DNA from: Synergistales bacterium
GTDB taxonomy: Bacteria > Synergistota > Synergistia > Synergistales > JAFGMB01
DNA: 64,000 nt
Reading direction: 5' to 3'
Assembly (NCBI GenBank): GCA_963666205.1
Contig: OY762654.1
Span: 2,304,001-2,368,000 of the forward strand
In this document: one piece after another, positions 1 through 9,590 of the stretch
How positions within the stretch are numbered: the stretch's first letter is position 1
Layout: each line of letters starts with the position of its first letter
The notes under the pieces: model-generated
What the model saw: only the letters and a program-made list of their open reading frames with translations
What the model was told of the DNA's origin: nothing
Database searches by the model: none
Program-made: the position numbers and the translations under genes

Positions 1-298
1 TATCGAGTCTGGGATAGTTGCGGCCTGGTACAAGAATGTGGAAGGGATCGCACCACTTGAACTTTCTCCATATCTGTATGATCTCGTAGGACACCCTGAT
101 ACTCAGGTTGTGATCGGAAAGATGAGCGGTATTCCAACAGTTGAGATCTATATGGACAAACTTGGAATGGCAACTGAAGACAAGGATCTGAAAATGGAAA
201 TAGTCAAGAGGGTAAAGGACAAGGCTTTTGAGAAATATGGTCTTCTTACTCTAGAGGAGTTTGGGGAAATAGCAAAGACTGTGTTGGATAGAGGATAG
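1..298 (+). CDS. 3' end of a LeuA/homocitrate-synthase-like (HMGL/pyruvate carboxyltransferase family) protein, truncated by the window edge
   Basis: Frame open from base 2: IESGIVAAW...LELSPY...VGHP...VVIGKMSG, resembling the ESGI/PE.VG/GK.SG motifs after the TIM barrel of DRE-TIM enzymes. Confidence 0.65.
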   Translation, partial: IESGIVAAWYKNVEGIAPLELSPYLYDLVGHPDTQVVIGKMSGIPTVEIYMDKLGMATEDKDLKMEIVKRVKDKAFEKYGLLTLEEFGEIAKTVLDRG

Positions 299-336
299 CC
301 GGGAAAATTGCCCTGGAAAGCGTCTTATCCCGGCTA
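296..336 (+). terminator. Stem-loop after the upstream CDS
   Basis: tagccggga...tcccggcta inverted repeat with a long loop, followed by attt. Confidence 0.45.
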
Positions 337-436
337 ATTTATGAAACAGTTCATCCTAATCTAAATGAATGCGGGAAAAAATGCAAGATATGGTAACTGA
401 TTAGAGTTCATACTAAAACTGTGGAGGTGTAACGGA

Positions 437-1465
437 ATGAGAGGAAGATCTTTAGTATTAAGGGTTGCATTTGTTCTGTTGATCGGTCTGCTTGCTTTTT
501 CAATGGTAGGAAGAGTAGAGGCAGCAAAAAAACCGATAGTAGTAAAGTTCGCCCATAATGGGAATACCATTCCTGAGGATCCACAAAATGTAGCCTGTTA
601 CAAGTTCAAAGAGATGGTGGAGGAAAAATCCAACGGAGAACTTAAGGTAGATATTTACCCTGCTGCCCAGCTGGGTGATGCAAGAACAATCGTCGAAGGA
701 GTTCAGATGGGTAGCATCGAAATGGCAGATATCGAAAATGGCCCCATGGGCAGGTTTGTCCCTGAAGCCATGCTTTGGGATTTGCCTTTCATTTTCAGAG
801 ATATTGATCATGCCCATAAAGTTCTGGATGGGGATGTAGGCAAGTATGTCCAGAAAAAATATATTGCGGTCGGGATAAGACACCTGGCATTTAATGATGG
901 AGGATTCAGGTACTTTACAAATAACGTGAGACCTATAAATAAAATGGCTGACATTGAGGGCCTGAAGATCAGGGTAATGGAAAGCAAGGTAATGATAGAT
1001 ACTATTAATGCCTTTGGTTCCTCTGCTGTTCCCATGGCTTTTGGAGAACTTTACACTGCTCTTCAACAGGGAGTTGTTGACGGACAGGAAAATCCGATGA
1101 ATCTTATTTACAGCCAGAAATTTTATGAGGTTCAGAAATATCTTTCAAGAAGTGGCCATTTCTATTACCCTCGACAGTACATCGCTTCTGAAAACTGGTG
1201 GAATACCCTGAGTGATGAACACAAGCAGATCCTTGCAGAATGTTCAGTTACAGCTTGTAATATCCAGAGAGAAGAACTTGTTGCATATGAAGTTAAAATG
1301 ATGACAGTCCTGAGAGAAAAGGGCATGGAGATCAATGAAGTCGATAAGTCTGATTTTATAAAAGCTGCCCAGTCAAAAATCTATCCGTCTTATTACGAGG
1401 TTGTTGGCGGTGGAGATGAAGCATACGGTAAGGAGCTTGTCCAAAGGGTAGTTGATACCAAGTAG
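437..1465 (+). CDS. dctP: TRAP transporter substrate-binding protein
   Basis: Signal peptide; YPAAQLG, GLKIRVM, PMAFGELYTALQQGVVDGQENP motifs; ggagg RBS. Confidence 0.95.
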   Translation: MRGRSLVLRVAFVLLIGLLAFSMVGRVEAAKKPIVVKFAHNGNTIPEDPQNVACYKFKEMVEEKSNGELKVDIYPAAQLGDARTIVEGVQMGSIEMADIENGPMGRFVPEAMLWDLPFIFRDIDHAHKVLDGDVGKYVQKKYIAVGIRHLAFNDGGFRYFTNNVRPINKMADIEGLKIRVMESKVMIDTINAFGSSAVPMAFGELYTALQQGVVDGQENPMNLIYSQKFYEVQKYLSRSGHFYYPRQYIASENWWNTLSDEHKQILAECSVTACNIQREELVAYEVKMMTVLREKGMEINEVDKSDFIKAAQSKIYPSYYEVVGGGDEAYGKELVQRVVDTK

Positions 1466-1480
1466 CAGGGTAAATAAATT

Positions 1481-1519
1481 AAATCAGGGGAGAAAGATGA
1501 AACCCTTCTCCCCTGATTT
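1481..1519 (+). promoter_or_regulatory. Intercistronic hairpin after dctP (mRNA stabiliser or partial terminator)
   Basis: aaatcaggggagaa / ttctcccctgattt 14-bp stem. Confidence 0.65.
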
Positions 1520-1596
1520 GAATTTTATCTGAAATATTGTTCTCGTAGCGTTTTATGGAAACAGAACACTTGTTAATATGTCTGGGGATGAAATTA

Positions 1597-2094
1597 ATGG
1601 CTTATTCAGAAAAAAAGAGCCTTTTCGAAAAGTTCAACACAATTGTAAAATGGTTTTTAGCCATTCTCATGATGATTATTGCAACTTTAACATTTTACCA
1701 GGTTGTTATGAGATATGTGTTCAACAATGCTCCATCATGGAGTGAAGAAATGGTACGTTTCATGTTTGTATGGTCGAGCTTCATTGCTGCTGCTATAGGT
1801 ATTAAAGAACATATTCATATAGGAGTGGATGTGTTTGTAAACCTTTTGCCTAAGTCGGTTGCTCGAATTGTTCAAATTGGCGTTAATCTTATAATTATCA
1901 TTTTTGCAGGATACATGATCAAGTATGGTTTGGCGGTAACAGTTATGACTCAAAGACAACCCTCTCCGGCTCTGGGGCTTCCGATGAGTTGGGTATACAG
2001 TTCTATCCCAGTTATGGGTGTTCTTCTAATTCTATATTGTGTAATGGAAATTGTGTATGGTTTCCAGAAAGTACGCGCTGAAGGGGAGGCATAA
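1597..2094 (+). CDS. dctQ: TRAP transporter small permease
   Basis: QVVMRYVFN, WSEE..R, HIGVD motifs; four TM segments; start could be 1555, 1588 or 1597. Confidence 0.93.
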   Translation: MAYSEKKSLFEKFNTIVKWFLAILMMIIATLTFYQVVMRYVFNNAPSWSEEMVRFMFVWSSFIAAAIGIKEHIHIGVDVFVNLLPKSVARIVQIGVNLIIIIFAGYMIKYGLAVTVMTQRQPSPALGLPMSWVYSSIPVMGVLLILYCVMEIVYGFQKVRAEGEA

Positions 2095-2097
2095 GGC

Positions 2098-3372
2098 ATG
2101 CTTGCAGCTTTGGTAATAACTCTTGTTGTTTGCTTTGTTACAAATGTACCAATAGGTTTTGCTCTTGGAATTGCTGCACTTGCCAGTTTATTAGCATCTG
2201 GAACAATGCCCATTTCAATGATACCCCAGAGGATGGTAGCGGGTGCGAATTCTTTCCCACTACTCGCAATTCCTTTTTTTATGCTGGCAGGAGCTATCAT
2301 GGAAAGAGGAGGCGTTTCTAAAAGGATAGTTGATTTAGCGAGTTCTATAGTAGGACACATCAGTGGAGGTCTCGCTGCAGTTTCTATAGTTGCCTGTACT
2401 TTTTTTGCAGCTATCTCAGGTTCAACGCCGGCAACAGCAGCAGCTGTTGGTGGTTTGACCATCCCAGAAATGGAAAAACGAGGATACGATCGTAGTTATG
2501 CTTCAGCCGTTGTAGCTGCAGCATCTTGTCTTGGGGTAATCATTCCACCGAGTATTACTATGGTTATTTTTGGCATAGTGGCTAATGTTTCAGTAGGTCA
2601 ATTATTGATAGGTGGAATAATTCCCGGATTATTTCTGTCTTTCCTCTTGATTGTTGTAAATCTGATTCGTTCAAGGCAGCTGGGTTATCCTACTGAAAGA
2701 AAAAGGACCTGGAAGGAGAGGCGTAGTTCTTTCGCTGAAGCCATCTGGGGATTGATGATGCCTATCATAATACTTGGAGGAATAATGACCGGCATCTTTA
2801 CTCCTACAGAATCTGCTGCAATAGCTGTTGTTTATGGTCTCTTCGTCAGTTTTTTTATTTACAAGGAACTGAGCGTAAAAGATCTGGTCCCGATTTTCTA
2901 CAAGGCTTCTTTGAATTCGGCAATGATTATGTTACTGATAGGAGCTGCAAGCCCTTTTGGTTGGATAATGACCGTTCAGCAGGTTCCACAAATGGCTTCA
3001 ACTGCTATTCTTGGTCTTTCAAGCAATCAGCATGTTATTTATGCTCTTATGCTTGTCATTTACCTGATGCTTGGAACTTTTATGGAAACCGGTGCAATTA
3101 TTCTCCTTGTTGTTCCTATTTTTGCACCTATTGCCACTCAGTTGGGAATTGATATGGTGCAATTCGGTGTTGTAACCGTTATCGCTCTTGCGATTGGAAT
3201 GGCAACTCCACCAGTTGGTATTGCCCTTTTTGCAACTTGTGGTATCGCTGATATTACCATCGGTCAAATCACATGGAAAATATTGCCCTTTCTATTTACT
3301 CTTATAGCAGGGCTTTTTATCCTGGCTTATGTTCCTGTATTATCGACATTCCTGCCAGATCTATTGTTCTAG
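2098..3372 (+). CDS. dctM: TRAP transporter large permease
   Basis: FPLLAIPFFMLAG, ISGS, IIPPSI, GIFTPTESA and TPPVG motifs. Confidence 0.95.
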   Translation: MLAALVITLVVCFVTNVPIGFALGIAALASLLASGTMPISMIPQRMVAGANSFPLLAIPFFMLAGAIMERGGVSKRIVDLASSIVGHISGGLAAVSIVACTFFAAISGSTPATAAAVGGLTIPEMEKRGYDRSYASAVVAAASCLGVIIPPSITMVIFGIVANVSVGQLLIGGIIPGLFLSFLLIVVNLIRSRQLGYPTERKRTWKERRSSFAEAIWGLMMPIIILGGIMTGIFTPTESAAIAVVYGLFVSFFIYKELSVKDLVPIFYKASLNSAMIMLLIGAASPFGWIMTVQQVPQMASTAILGLSSNQHVIYALMLVIYLMLGTFMETGAIILLVVPIFAPIATQLGIDMVQFGVVTVIALAIGMATPPVGIALFATCGIADITIGQITWKILPFLFTLIAGLFILAYVPVLSTFLPDLLF

Positions 3373-3484
3373 TTTTTTCTAGTTTCCATTAGGTAAATGT
3401 TGTTCTGATTCAGATTTAAAAAACGTCAATTTTGCATCTCTGACATTATACGTCCTGATATCTTTCTGGACATGGTCTTCTTGC

Positions 3485-3524
3485 GATTTATGCCTCTTTG
3501 TTAAGAGGCATAAATCCTGTTTTT
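3485..3524 (+). terminator. Intrinsic terminator of the TRAP operon
   Basis: gatttatgcctctt-tgtt-aagaggcataaatc followed by ctgttttt. Confidence 0.7.
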
Positions 3525-3713
3525 ATAAAAGGGTCATGACTATAACCTATAATTTCCCCAAAGATTGTAAGAACCAGCTTACCGAAGTCCTGCACTCGAT
3601 TATTAAATTTAAACTCCCATTTTTTATAGTTTGAATTCGAATCATATTATCCTCAGTTTTATTCTGTTGGAGATAGATTTTCATATGAGCTGGCGGGATG
3701 CAGGTAAAAAATA

Positions 3714-3922
3714 TCACTGAACTTGGAATATTCCCATAATGCCCAGATGATCATGTTCCAGAATATGACAGTGATAAACTACTCTATCTAGGTGAAGGAA
3801 CCTGGCTGTAAACATGAGTGTTTCACCAGAATACACCAGTACAGTATCTGAAACTGGACGCCATTCATACGGAAAGGATGGGCCATGATAATTTCCATAT
3901 CTCTTTCCATCATACGCCCCAT
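3714..3922 (-). pseudogene. Multicopper oxidase (CueO/CotA-like) C-terminal remnant
   Basis: One frame gives MGRMM...MAHPFRMNGVQFQIL (degenerate HPFHxHG); the adjacent frame gives DTVLVYSGET...YHCHILEHDHLGIM (HCHxxxH-x4/5-M copper motif). Confidence 0.75.
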
Positions 3923-4084
3923 AAAGTATCCTCTCATTGATCCTCTTTCCTCTTGTAGCCTTGATCACTGGTCCCGGATAATCTTTGTTGTAACCGTATA
4001 TCTCAGTACTTGTACCTTCAAAAAAAGAATGGTGGTATTTATTTACATTAATGTAAAAAATAAAGATATCAGAGGAGGGGATCC

Positions 4085-4177
4085 GTGTCTTTCAACAACT
4101 CTGAAATCTCCAGGTGATTTCTTTTAATTGGAAAAGAATTAATATTCTCGAAAGGAATTTTCCCTTTCAGAGTCTGA
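4085..4177 (+). pseudogene. Possible N-terminal remnant of a PolX/PHP DNA polymerase
   Basis: Strong RBS then GTG; MSFNNSEISR*F...G.FPFRV* resembles the PolX start (N.EI...F...G.NPFRVRAY); in-frame stops. Confidence 0.3.
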
Positions 4178-4604
4178 ATGGGGTGGGCAAAAATCATATA
4201 GAAAGAACAGGAATAAAGGAAATAGATGTATCTTAATCACTCTTCTCATCACCAGGTTTCTCCTTATCCTTAATGACTTTAAGAAGCATGTGGATGTGTG
4301 ATTGCGCTAGGGTAGATGGATCAGAAATTTATAAACCTTAGGCAGTGAATGGAATAACCCAGTATATATTTATCAATATCATTCTAACAGGACATCATTC
4401 TAAAAAAATATTACCTATAGATCTCTTGTCTGTAAGACCCGTACTGAATAGTCCAACAGGCCTGTCCAGTACGGGACTTTGTGCCTTGAAAAATAGTTCA
4501 TTCACTCCTTGATAGAAATATCTACTCTCGTATATTGTATTTAGGTAGAGAAAAGTCCATCTACTATTCTTCATTACATATATTTTTTCAGGAGGCAGAA
4601 AGAT

Positions 4605-5390
4605 ATGAAAAAGGTTTTTTCATCCCGGGAAAGGGGTTTTACCCTCGTAGAAATCCTGGTAGTGATAGTAATAGCTGGGATACTGTCAGGCAGTTTAGTG
4701 CTGGCAATGGGCAAGGCTGATGTTAAACCCAAGGCATCAAAGATCATCAGTGATATCAGAACGGTCAAGGCAGGAGCACTGATGTATGTCCTGGATAATG
4801 GAAGAAGCATTAATGGCGGTGCAGACATAAGCGTTCTTCAACCTTATGCCAGTCCGGAGATACTGAATAATGAAGATGTAACATACAGCTTTGTGACCAT
4901 TGAGGGACAGACCTATCTTAAGGTGAACCTGAGCGCCGTTGAAGATGAAGTTAAGGAAAAAATAGCAGAGATGATTGATGGAAACGAATTCTATCAACCT
5001 CAGGCCTCTCTTCATCTTTACAGAGAATTGATGAATCTTGCTTTTGATTCGAGAAATAACGTTATTTCTTTTTTTGCAGCTAAACCTGCTTATGCAGGTA
5101 ACAACGGTAACAACGGTAACAATGGTAACAATGGTAACAATGGTAACAACGGTAACAACGGTAACAACGGTAACAATGGTAACAATGGTAACACCAACGA
5201 TAATACTGGCAATAATCAAGATAATAATCAAGATAATAATCAAGACAATGGAAACAATATCGGTATTACTTTTAATGATAACGTCGATACCGAAAATGGA
5301 GATTATGAATTATCAGAAGAAAATGATGATGTGAAAGATACAGAATTAGAAAACTACAATGGTGGGGATATCATCCTTATCAGGATCTGA
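4605..5390 (+). CDS. Prepilin-type N-terminal cleavage/methylation protein (type IV pilin or pseudopilin) with an Asn/Gly low-complexity tail
   Basis: RERG|FTLVEILVVIVIAGIL class III signal with Glu5; aggagg RBS. Confidence 0.9.
   Translation: MKKVFSSRERGFTLVEILVVIVIAGILSGSLVLAMGKADVKPKASKIISDIRTVKAGALMYVLDNGRSINGGADISVLQPYASPEILNNEDVTYSFVTIEGQTYLKVNLSAVEDEVKEKIAEMIDGNEFYQPQASLHLYRELMNLAFDSRNNVISFFAAKPAYAGNNGNNGNNGNNGNNGNNGNNGNNGNNGNNGNTNDNTGNNQDNNQDNNQDNGNNIGITFNDNVDTENGDYELSEENDDVKDTELENYNGGDIILIRI
5097..5195 (+). repeat. 9-bp tandem repeat ggtaacaa(c/t) x10 plus one variant unit, encoding (GNN)10-GNT
   Basis: Read directly from the sequence. Confidence 0.97.
5211..5246 (+). repeat. 12-bp tandem repeat aataatcaagat x3, encoding (NNQD)3
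   Basis: Read directly; the last unit ends in gac. Confidence 0.9.
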
Positions 5391-5427
5391 AGGAAGATAT
5401 CTTAACCAGTAATAAATATGAAATATT

Positions 5428-5457
5428 GAGCCGGCGGTATATCTGCCGGCTCTTTCC
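5428..5457 (+). terminator. Hairpin after the pilin gene
   Basis: gagccggcg-gtatatc-tgccggctc followed by tttcc. Confidence 0.55.
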
Positions 5458-5459
5458 TA

Positions 5460-6008
5460 TTGTTTTCTCCTTCTCTTCTAGGACTATCTGGAAGTAGTAT
5501 CAGCGTTTTCGAGGGGGTTCTTAATGGAACATGCAACTTAATTATGGATCTTCTCCAGAATGGGGAAGAATTTGAGGAGGCTCTAAGAAGGTTCAGCAGA
5601 GGGGATATGCAGAAGTCGATCCTTCCATGGATATTGATGGAATAGATACTGCTCTTAAGGCAATGATACTTTCTCAGGTTCTTATGAATTCTCCTGTTCC
5701 GGATATTGGTGCCATGGAGGTAAAGGGGATATCAGATCTTGATCCTGTATATATTAACAGCGCAAGGGATAAAAATGAACGGATCCGTCTTATCGCCAAG
5801 GGCGAAAGGATGAATGGTGATATCCGGATATCAGTGAAACCGATATCTCTTGCACCTGATCATCCTCTGTATTATCTTCCAGGAGCAGTCAACGGGATCA
5901 TTCTGTCTTACGATGTCCTTGATTCAATTTGTCTTACCGGTGCACGTACTGGTTCAAGGGAAACAGGTTTTGCTCTGCTTCATGATCTGCTATCCTTGTG
6001 GGGGGTAG
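5460..6008 (+). pseudogene. hom: Homoserine dehydrogenase remnant: no N-terminal NAD-binding domain, frameshifted, stop codon out of frame
   Basis: FEGVLNGTCN...EEAL in one frame, then VQQRGYAEVDPSMDIDGIDTALK in another (shift near 5588); TAG at 6006-6008 follows a G6 run and is out of frame. Confidence 0.8.
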
Positions 6009-6061
6009 AATTTAAGATTCTCCAGTTCTGCTTTTTCTTTAAAATGAGGAGGTTCCCGCAT

Positions 6062-7111
6062 TTGATCGTTCAAAAATATGGAGGTTCTTCTCTTTCATGT
6101 TCCGAAAAGATTCTTAAAGTGGCTGAAAGAATAGTATATGATCTTTCTTCCCATGGAAAAATGGTAGTAGTAGTTTCTGCTATGGGAGATACCACAGATT
6201 ATCTTCTTGATCTTGCTGAACTGGTTTCTGAAAAACCTCTTTCCCGGGAAGTAGATGTTCTTCTTTCAACGGGAGAGCAGATATCAGCCTCACTTCTGGC
6301 CATGGCTCTGGGCACAAAGGGGATATGTGCAAGATCTTTCAATGCTTTCCAGCTTGGAATCATTACGGATGATCATCATGGAAATGCCCGTATAATCTCT
6401 ATAGATAAGGGGAAAATCGAAGAATCTTTTAAAGATAATGATGTACTTGTCGTAACCGGCTTTCAGGGTATTAACTCCCTTGGTGATATAACGACCCTCG
6501 GCAGGGGGGGGTCTGATATTACTGCTGTAGCCATAGCTTCCTGCTGTAACTGCCCCTGTGAAATATACAGTGATGTGGCTGGTATATATACCTGCGATCC
6601 CGGATTGATACCTGGAGCTAAAAAACTGGAATTTATAACGTATGACCATATGCTTATTCTGGCCATGGCTGGTGCTGAAGTTCTTAATCCTGTTGCCGTA
6701 GAAAAAGCAAAAAATGATGGGGTTCCTCTCTATTGTGGCTCCACTTTCTCAGACGAAAAAGGAACGAGAGTGGTGGATTCCTTTCCTGATGAAATGGAAC
6801 TTCAGGATGTTATCGGTATTGCAACTGAAATAGTAGATGGGAAACTTTTTCACACGAAAGTGGGGGCTGATTATCCGGAATTTTCTCTCTCCAATTCTTT
6901 TTTCAGTGGTCCTTTGACAAGGATAACTGCAGTGGGAAATAGGAGAGATCATGAAGCTTTGGGAAACCATGTTCTTTTGTCCCTCAATATGGCAGGGATA
7001 CACCTTTTTGAAGCCAGTGTTAATCCTGGTAATTTTTCAGCTTTGATAAGTACAGAGGACCGGAAACGTTCTGTTGAGGTTTTGGCTTTAGAATTTGGTT
7101 TGCTGAGATAG
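6062..7111 (+). CDS. lysC: Aspartate kinase with a shortened regulatory region
   Basis: gaggagg RBS then TTG; IVQKYGGSS, VVSAMG.TTD, STGEQISA, GFQG, TTLGRGGSD, SDV.GIYT.DP. Confidence 0.9.
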   Translation: MIVQKYGGSSLSCSEKILKVAERIVYDLSSHGKMVVVVSAMGDTTDYLLDLAELVSEKPLSREVDVLLSTGEQISASLLAMALGTKGICARSFNAFQLGIITDDHHGNARIISIDKGKIEESFKDNDVLVVTGFQGINSLGDITTLGRGGSDITAVAIASCCNCPCEIYSDVAGIYTCDPGLIPGAKKLEFITYDHMLILAMAGAEVLNPVAVEKAKNDGVPLYCGSTFSDEKGTRVVDSFPDEMELQDVIGIATEIVDGKLFHTKVGADYPEFSLSNSFFSGPLTRITAVGNRRDHEALGNHVLLSLNMAGIHLFEASVNPGNFSALISTEDRKRSVEVLALEFGLLR

Positions 7112-7443
7112 GAACTTGTCGCAAATACAGATCCCTTTTCTGATTTGTAATCATGTGATTTTAGTAGAAGGGTTATTGAAGAGATGTTAATGATCCAGGG
7201 CTATAAGATAATTATGGAGGTTCCCTATGGTGAAATTACCCTTGAGGGATGAACATTCGGGCAGTTTTTCCACTTGTAGAGGGGTAACGGTTAAGGGTGG
7301 TATATGGTTGACTGGCATTACAGTTATTCTGGTTGAGATGAGCCACTGCATATGTCCTTTCCCAATAAATAGATGAAGAATGGATCTTCCTATCGGGGAC
7401 ATGCTGTTTTTCTAACAATGATTTTTATTTCAGGAGGTCCTCA

Positions 7444-7851
7444 ATGGCAAAAAAACAGTTTTTTTCTGACAGGGTACCAGAACCAAGAGGATGTTATTCA
7501 CAGGCAATTATTCTGGGAGATACCCTCTATTCATCCGGACAGTTGCCTGTAGATCCTGATTCGGGAAACCTGGTAAGGGGAAGTGTTTCGGAACAGACAA
7601 TACAGATAATGGAAAATCTGAAGGCTCTTCTGGAAGACGCCGGTTCTTCAATTGATAATATTGTAAAAACGACCATATTTCTGCGTGATGTATCTTTTTG
7701 GGAAGAAATAAACAGGGTTTATTCTGCATATTTCCAAGATAGGGTTCCGCCCGCAAGGACTGTCGTCAGTGGTATAGATATCCATTATGGACTCGATGTT
7801 GAGATGGAAGTAATCGCATATGTCCCTGATATCCAGGAAAAGGAGAAATGA
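7444..7851 (+). CDS. ridA: RidA/YjgF enamine-imine deaminase
   Basis: YSQA, SGQLP, VKTTIFL, PPART, VEME motifs. Confidence 0.92.
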   Translation: MAKKQFFSDRVPEPRGCYSQAIILGDTLYSSGQLPVDPDSGNLVRGSVSEQTIQIMENLKALLEDAGSSIDNIVKTTIFLRDVSFWEEINRVYSAYFQDRVPPARTVVSGIDIHYGLDVEMEVIAYVPDIQEKEK

Positions 7852-7855
7852 TCCT

Positions 7856-9007
7856 TTGCTCTATTGCCCGAAGTGTTCCCGAAATTATCCTGAAAGCAGC
7901 CTTTTATGGAAGTGCAGTTGCGGTAGTTTCCTGATTTATAGACCTGAAAAAAAACGGTTACCTGACAAAAAAGATATATCTTCCAGGCCCAATGATATAT
8001 GGCGTTATAGAGAAGTTCTCCCCCTTTCCGGGGATGTGGACCCTGTTTCAATGGGAGAAGGGATGACCCCTCTGGTCTTATCATCATGGAAAGGAAAAGA
8101 TGTCCTCTTTAAACTTGATTATCTTTGTCCGACCGGTTCATATAAGGATCGGGGAGTATCATACCTTGTCAGCAAACTGAAAGAACTCGGGGTGGACAGA
8201 ATAATAGAGGACTCTTCCGGCAATGCCGGAGCTTCCATGGCAGCCTATTGTACCAGGGCTTCAATTGAATGCGAGATATTTGTTCCTGATTACACTTCTG
8301 CCGGTAAATGTCTTCAGATCGAAATGTATGGAGCAAAACTGCGCAGGATTCCCGGAACAAGGGAAGCTACGACAAGGGCGGCTGAAGCTGAGGCCGCAAA
8401 AATATATTATGCAAGCCATAACTGGAGTCCATACTTTGTACACGGAATCAAGACCTTTGCCTATGAGATATGGGAACAGATGGGTTGGAAGGTCCCTGAT
8501 AACATAGTTCTTCCAGCCGGTCAGGGCAGCCTTGTTATGGGGGCAAGGCTTGGTTTTCAGGAACTTATGGATTCAGGAAGGACAGAAAGATTACCAAGGA
8601 TCTTTGCTGTCCAGTCCGCAAACTGTGCTCCCCTCTATGAAGCCTTTAGGACGGGGCAGAATGATCCGATAAAGATCATTAAAAAGGAAACCATTGCTGA
8701 AGGAATAAGTTCTGCCGAACCAGTGAAAGGTGATATGGTCCTTTCTGATGTGAGAACCAGTAAAGGGCAGATCCTTAAAGCGGAAGAGAAGGATATATGG
8801 AACAGTTTTCTCCGGCTTTGTTCACTGGGTTTCTATGTTGAACCCACAAGTGCAATAGTGGGAGCAGCTCTTGAAGTTCTTTACGCTGCAGGTTCTATTT
8901 CTGAAAAACAAGTTACAGTAGCACTTCTGACGGGGTCCGGATTGAAGGCAACGGACAAAATACTTCATTACCGGGAGGAATTCACAGCCTGGTCCGGGGC
9001 CAGGTAG
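7856..9007 (+). CDS. thrC: Threonine synthase (fold-type II PLP enzyme)
   Basis: N-terminal CxxC/CxC knuckle; GEGMTPL, PTGSYKDRG, SSGNAG, EPTSA, LTGSGLK; TTG start after aggag. Confidence 0.88.
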   Translation: MLYCPKCSRNYPESSLLWKCSCGSFLIYRPEKKRLPDKKDISSRPNDIWRYREVLPLSGDVDPVSMGEGMTPLVLSSWKGKDVLFKLDYLCPTGSYKDRGVSYLVSKLKELGVDRIIEDSSGNAGASMAAYCTRASIECEIFVPDYTSAGKCLQIEMYGAKLRRIPGTREATTRAAEAEAAKIYYASHNWSPYFVHGIKTFAYEIWEQMGWKVPDNIVLPAGQGSLVMGARLGFQELMDSGRTERLPRIFAVQSANCAPLYEAFRTGQNDPIKIIKKETIAEGISSAEPVKGDMVLSDVRTSKGQILKAEEKDIWNSFLRLCSLGFYVEPTSAIVGAALEVLYAAGSISEKQVTVALLTGSGLKATDKILHYREEFTAWSGAR

Positions 9008-9101
9008 ATCAGGTCCCCTTCTTACGAGTCTGAAATATGAATTTATCCAGCGATGGAGTAGAATATCAGTATGAAATAAGAAGGTAGGGGGGTGAGAATG
9101 G

Positions 9102-9503
9102 ATGTTCTTTTTCAAACTTCTGGCACTAATGCTTGGTGTCGAGATGGTTTCCCTTGCTCCAGTTTTCATTCTTATGCACAAAGAGTTCAAAAAGATTCTG
9201 TTTAATGTTCTCTGTCCGGAACAGCGTCCTTCATGGATGTGGTTCCCTATCACCGGAGTCGCAGGTCTGATATTACTTGCCTGGTATGTTGAGTTGACAA
9301 CGAAGGTAAATCTGTCCTGGATAATTACCCTTTATCTGACCCTCGGGTTTGTCAAGTTCTACCTGATAATTTTCAGATATGATCAGTTTAGAGATATTAT
9401 GATCGACTTTAGTCGGAAAGAACGTTTTTTTCAGTGGGGGTTAGGATCATTGATATACTTTATTGGTATCTTTTTTCTGATCCTTGGGATGTTCGGCTTC
9501 TGA
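9102..9503 (+). CDS. Hypothetical membrane protein
   Basis: 133-aa ORF with about four hydrophobic segments and a G-rich RBS. Confidence 0.65.
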   Translation: MFFFKLLALMLGVEMVSLAPVFILMHKEFKKILFNVLCPEQRPSWMWFPITGVAGLILLAWYVELTTKVNLSWIITLYLTLGFVKFYLIIFRYDQFRDIMIDFSRKERFFQWGLGSLIYFIGIFFLILGMFGF

Positions 9504-9540
9504 TATCCTGTTCATAGTGTCTGGTTCATCTGATCTTTCA

Positions 9541-9580
9541 GTAAAAGGTGGCCCCCCTTTACCAGAGGGGCACCTTTTAC
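9541..9580. terminator. Bidirectional terminator between convergent genes
   Basis: gtaaaaggtg-cccc...gggg-caccttttac inverted repeat. Confidence 0.75.
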
Positions 9581-9590
9581 TTTTCATTTT

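Noticed and set aside
5097-5246. Short tandem repeats as a CRISPR array
   Set aside because: Units are 9 and 12 bp, contiguous with no spacers, in frame within a CDS, and no cas genes are present
5627-7111. 494-aa ORF as a genuine bifunctional HSDH-aspartokinase
   Set aside because: The Hom part is truncated and frameshifted, the linker looks like intergenic sequence, and lysC has its own RBS and start
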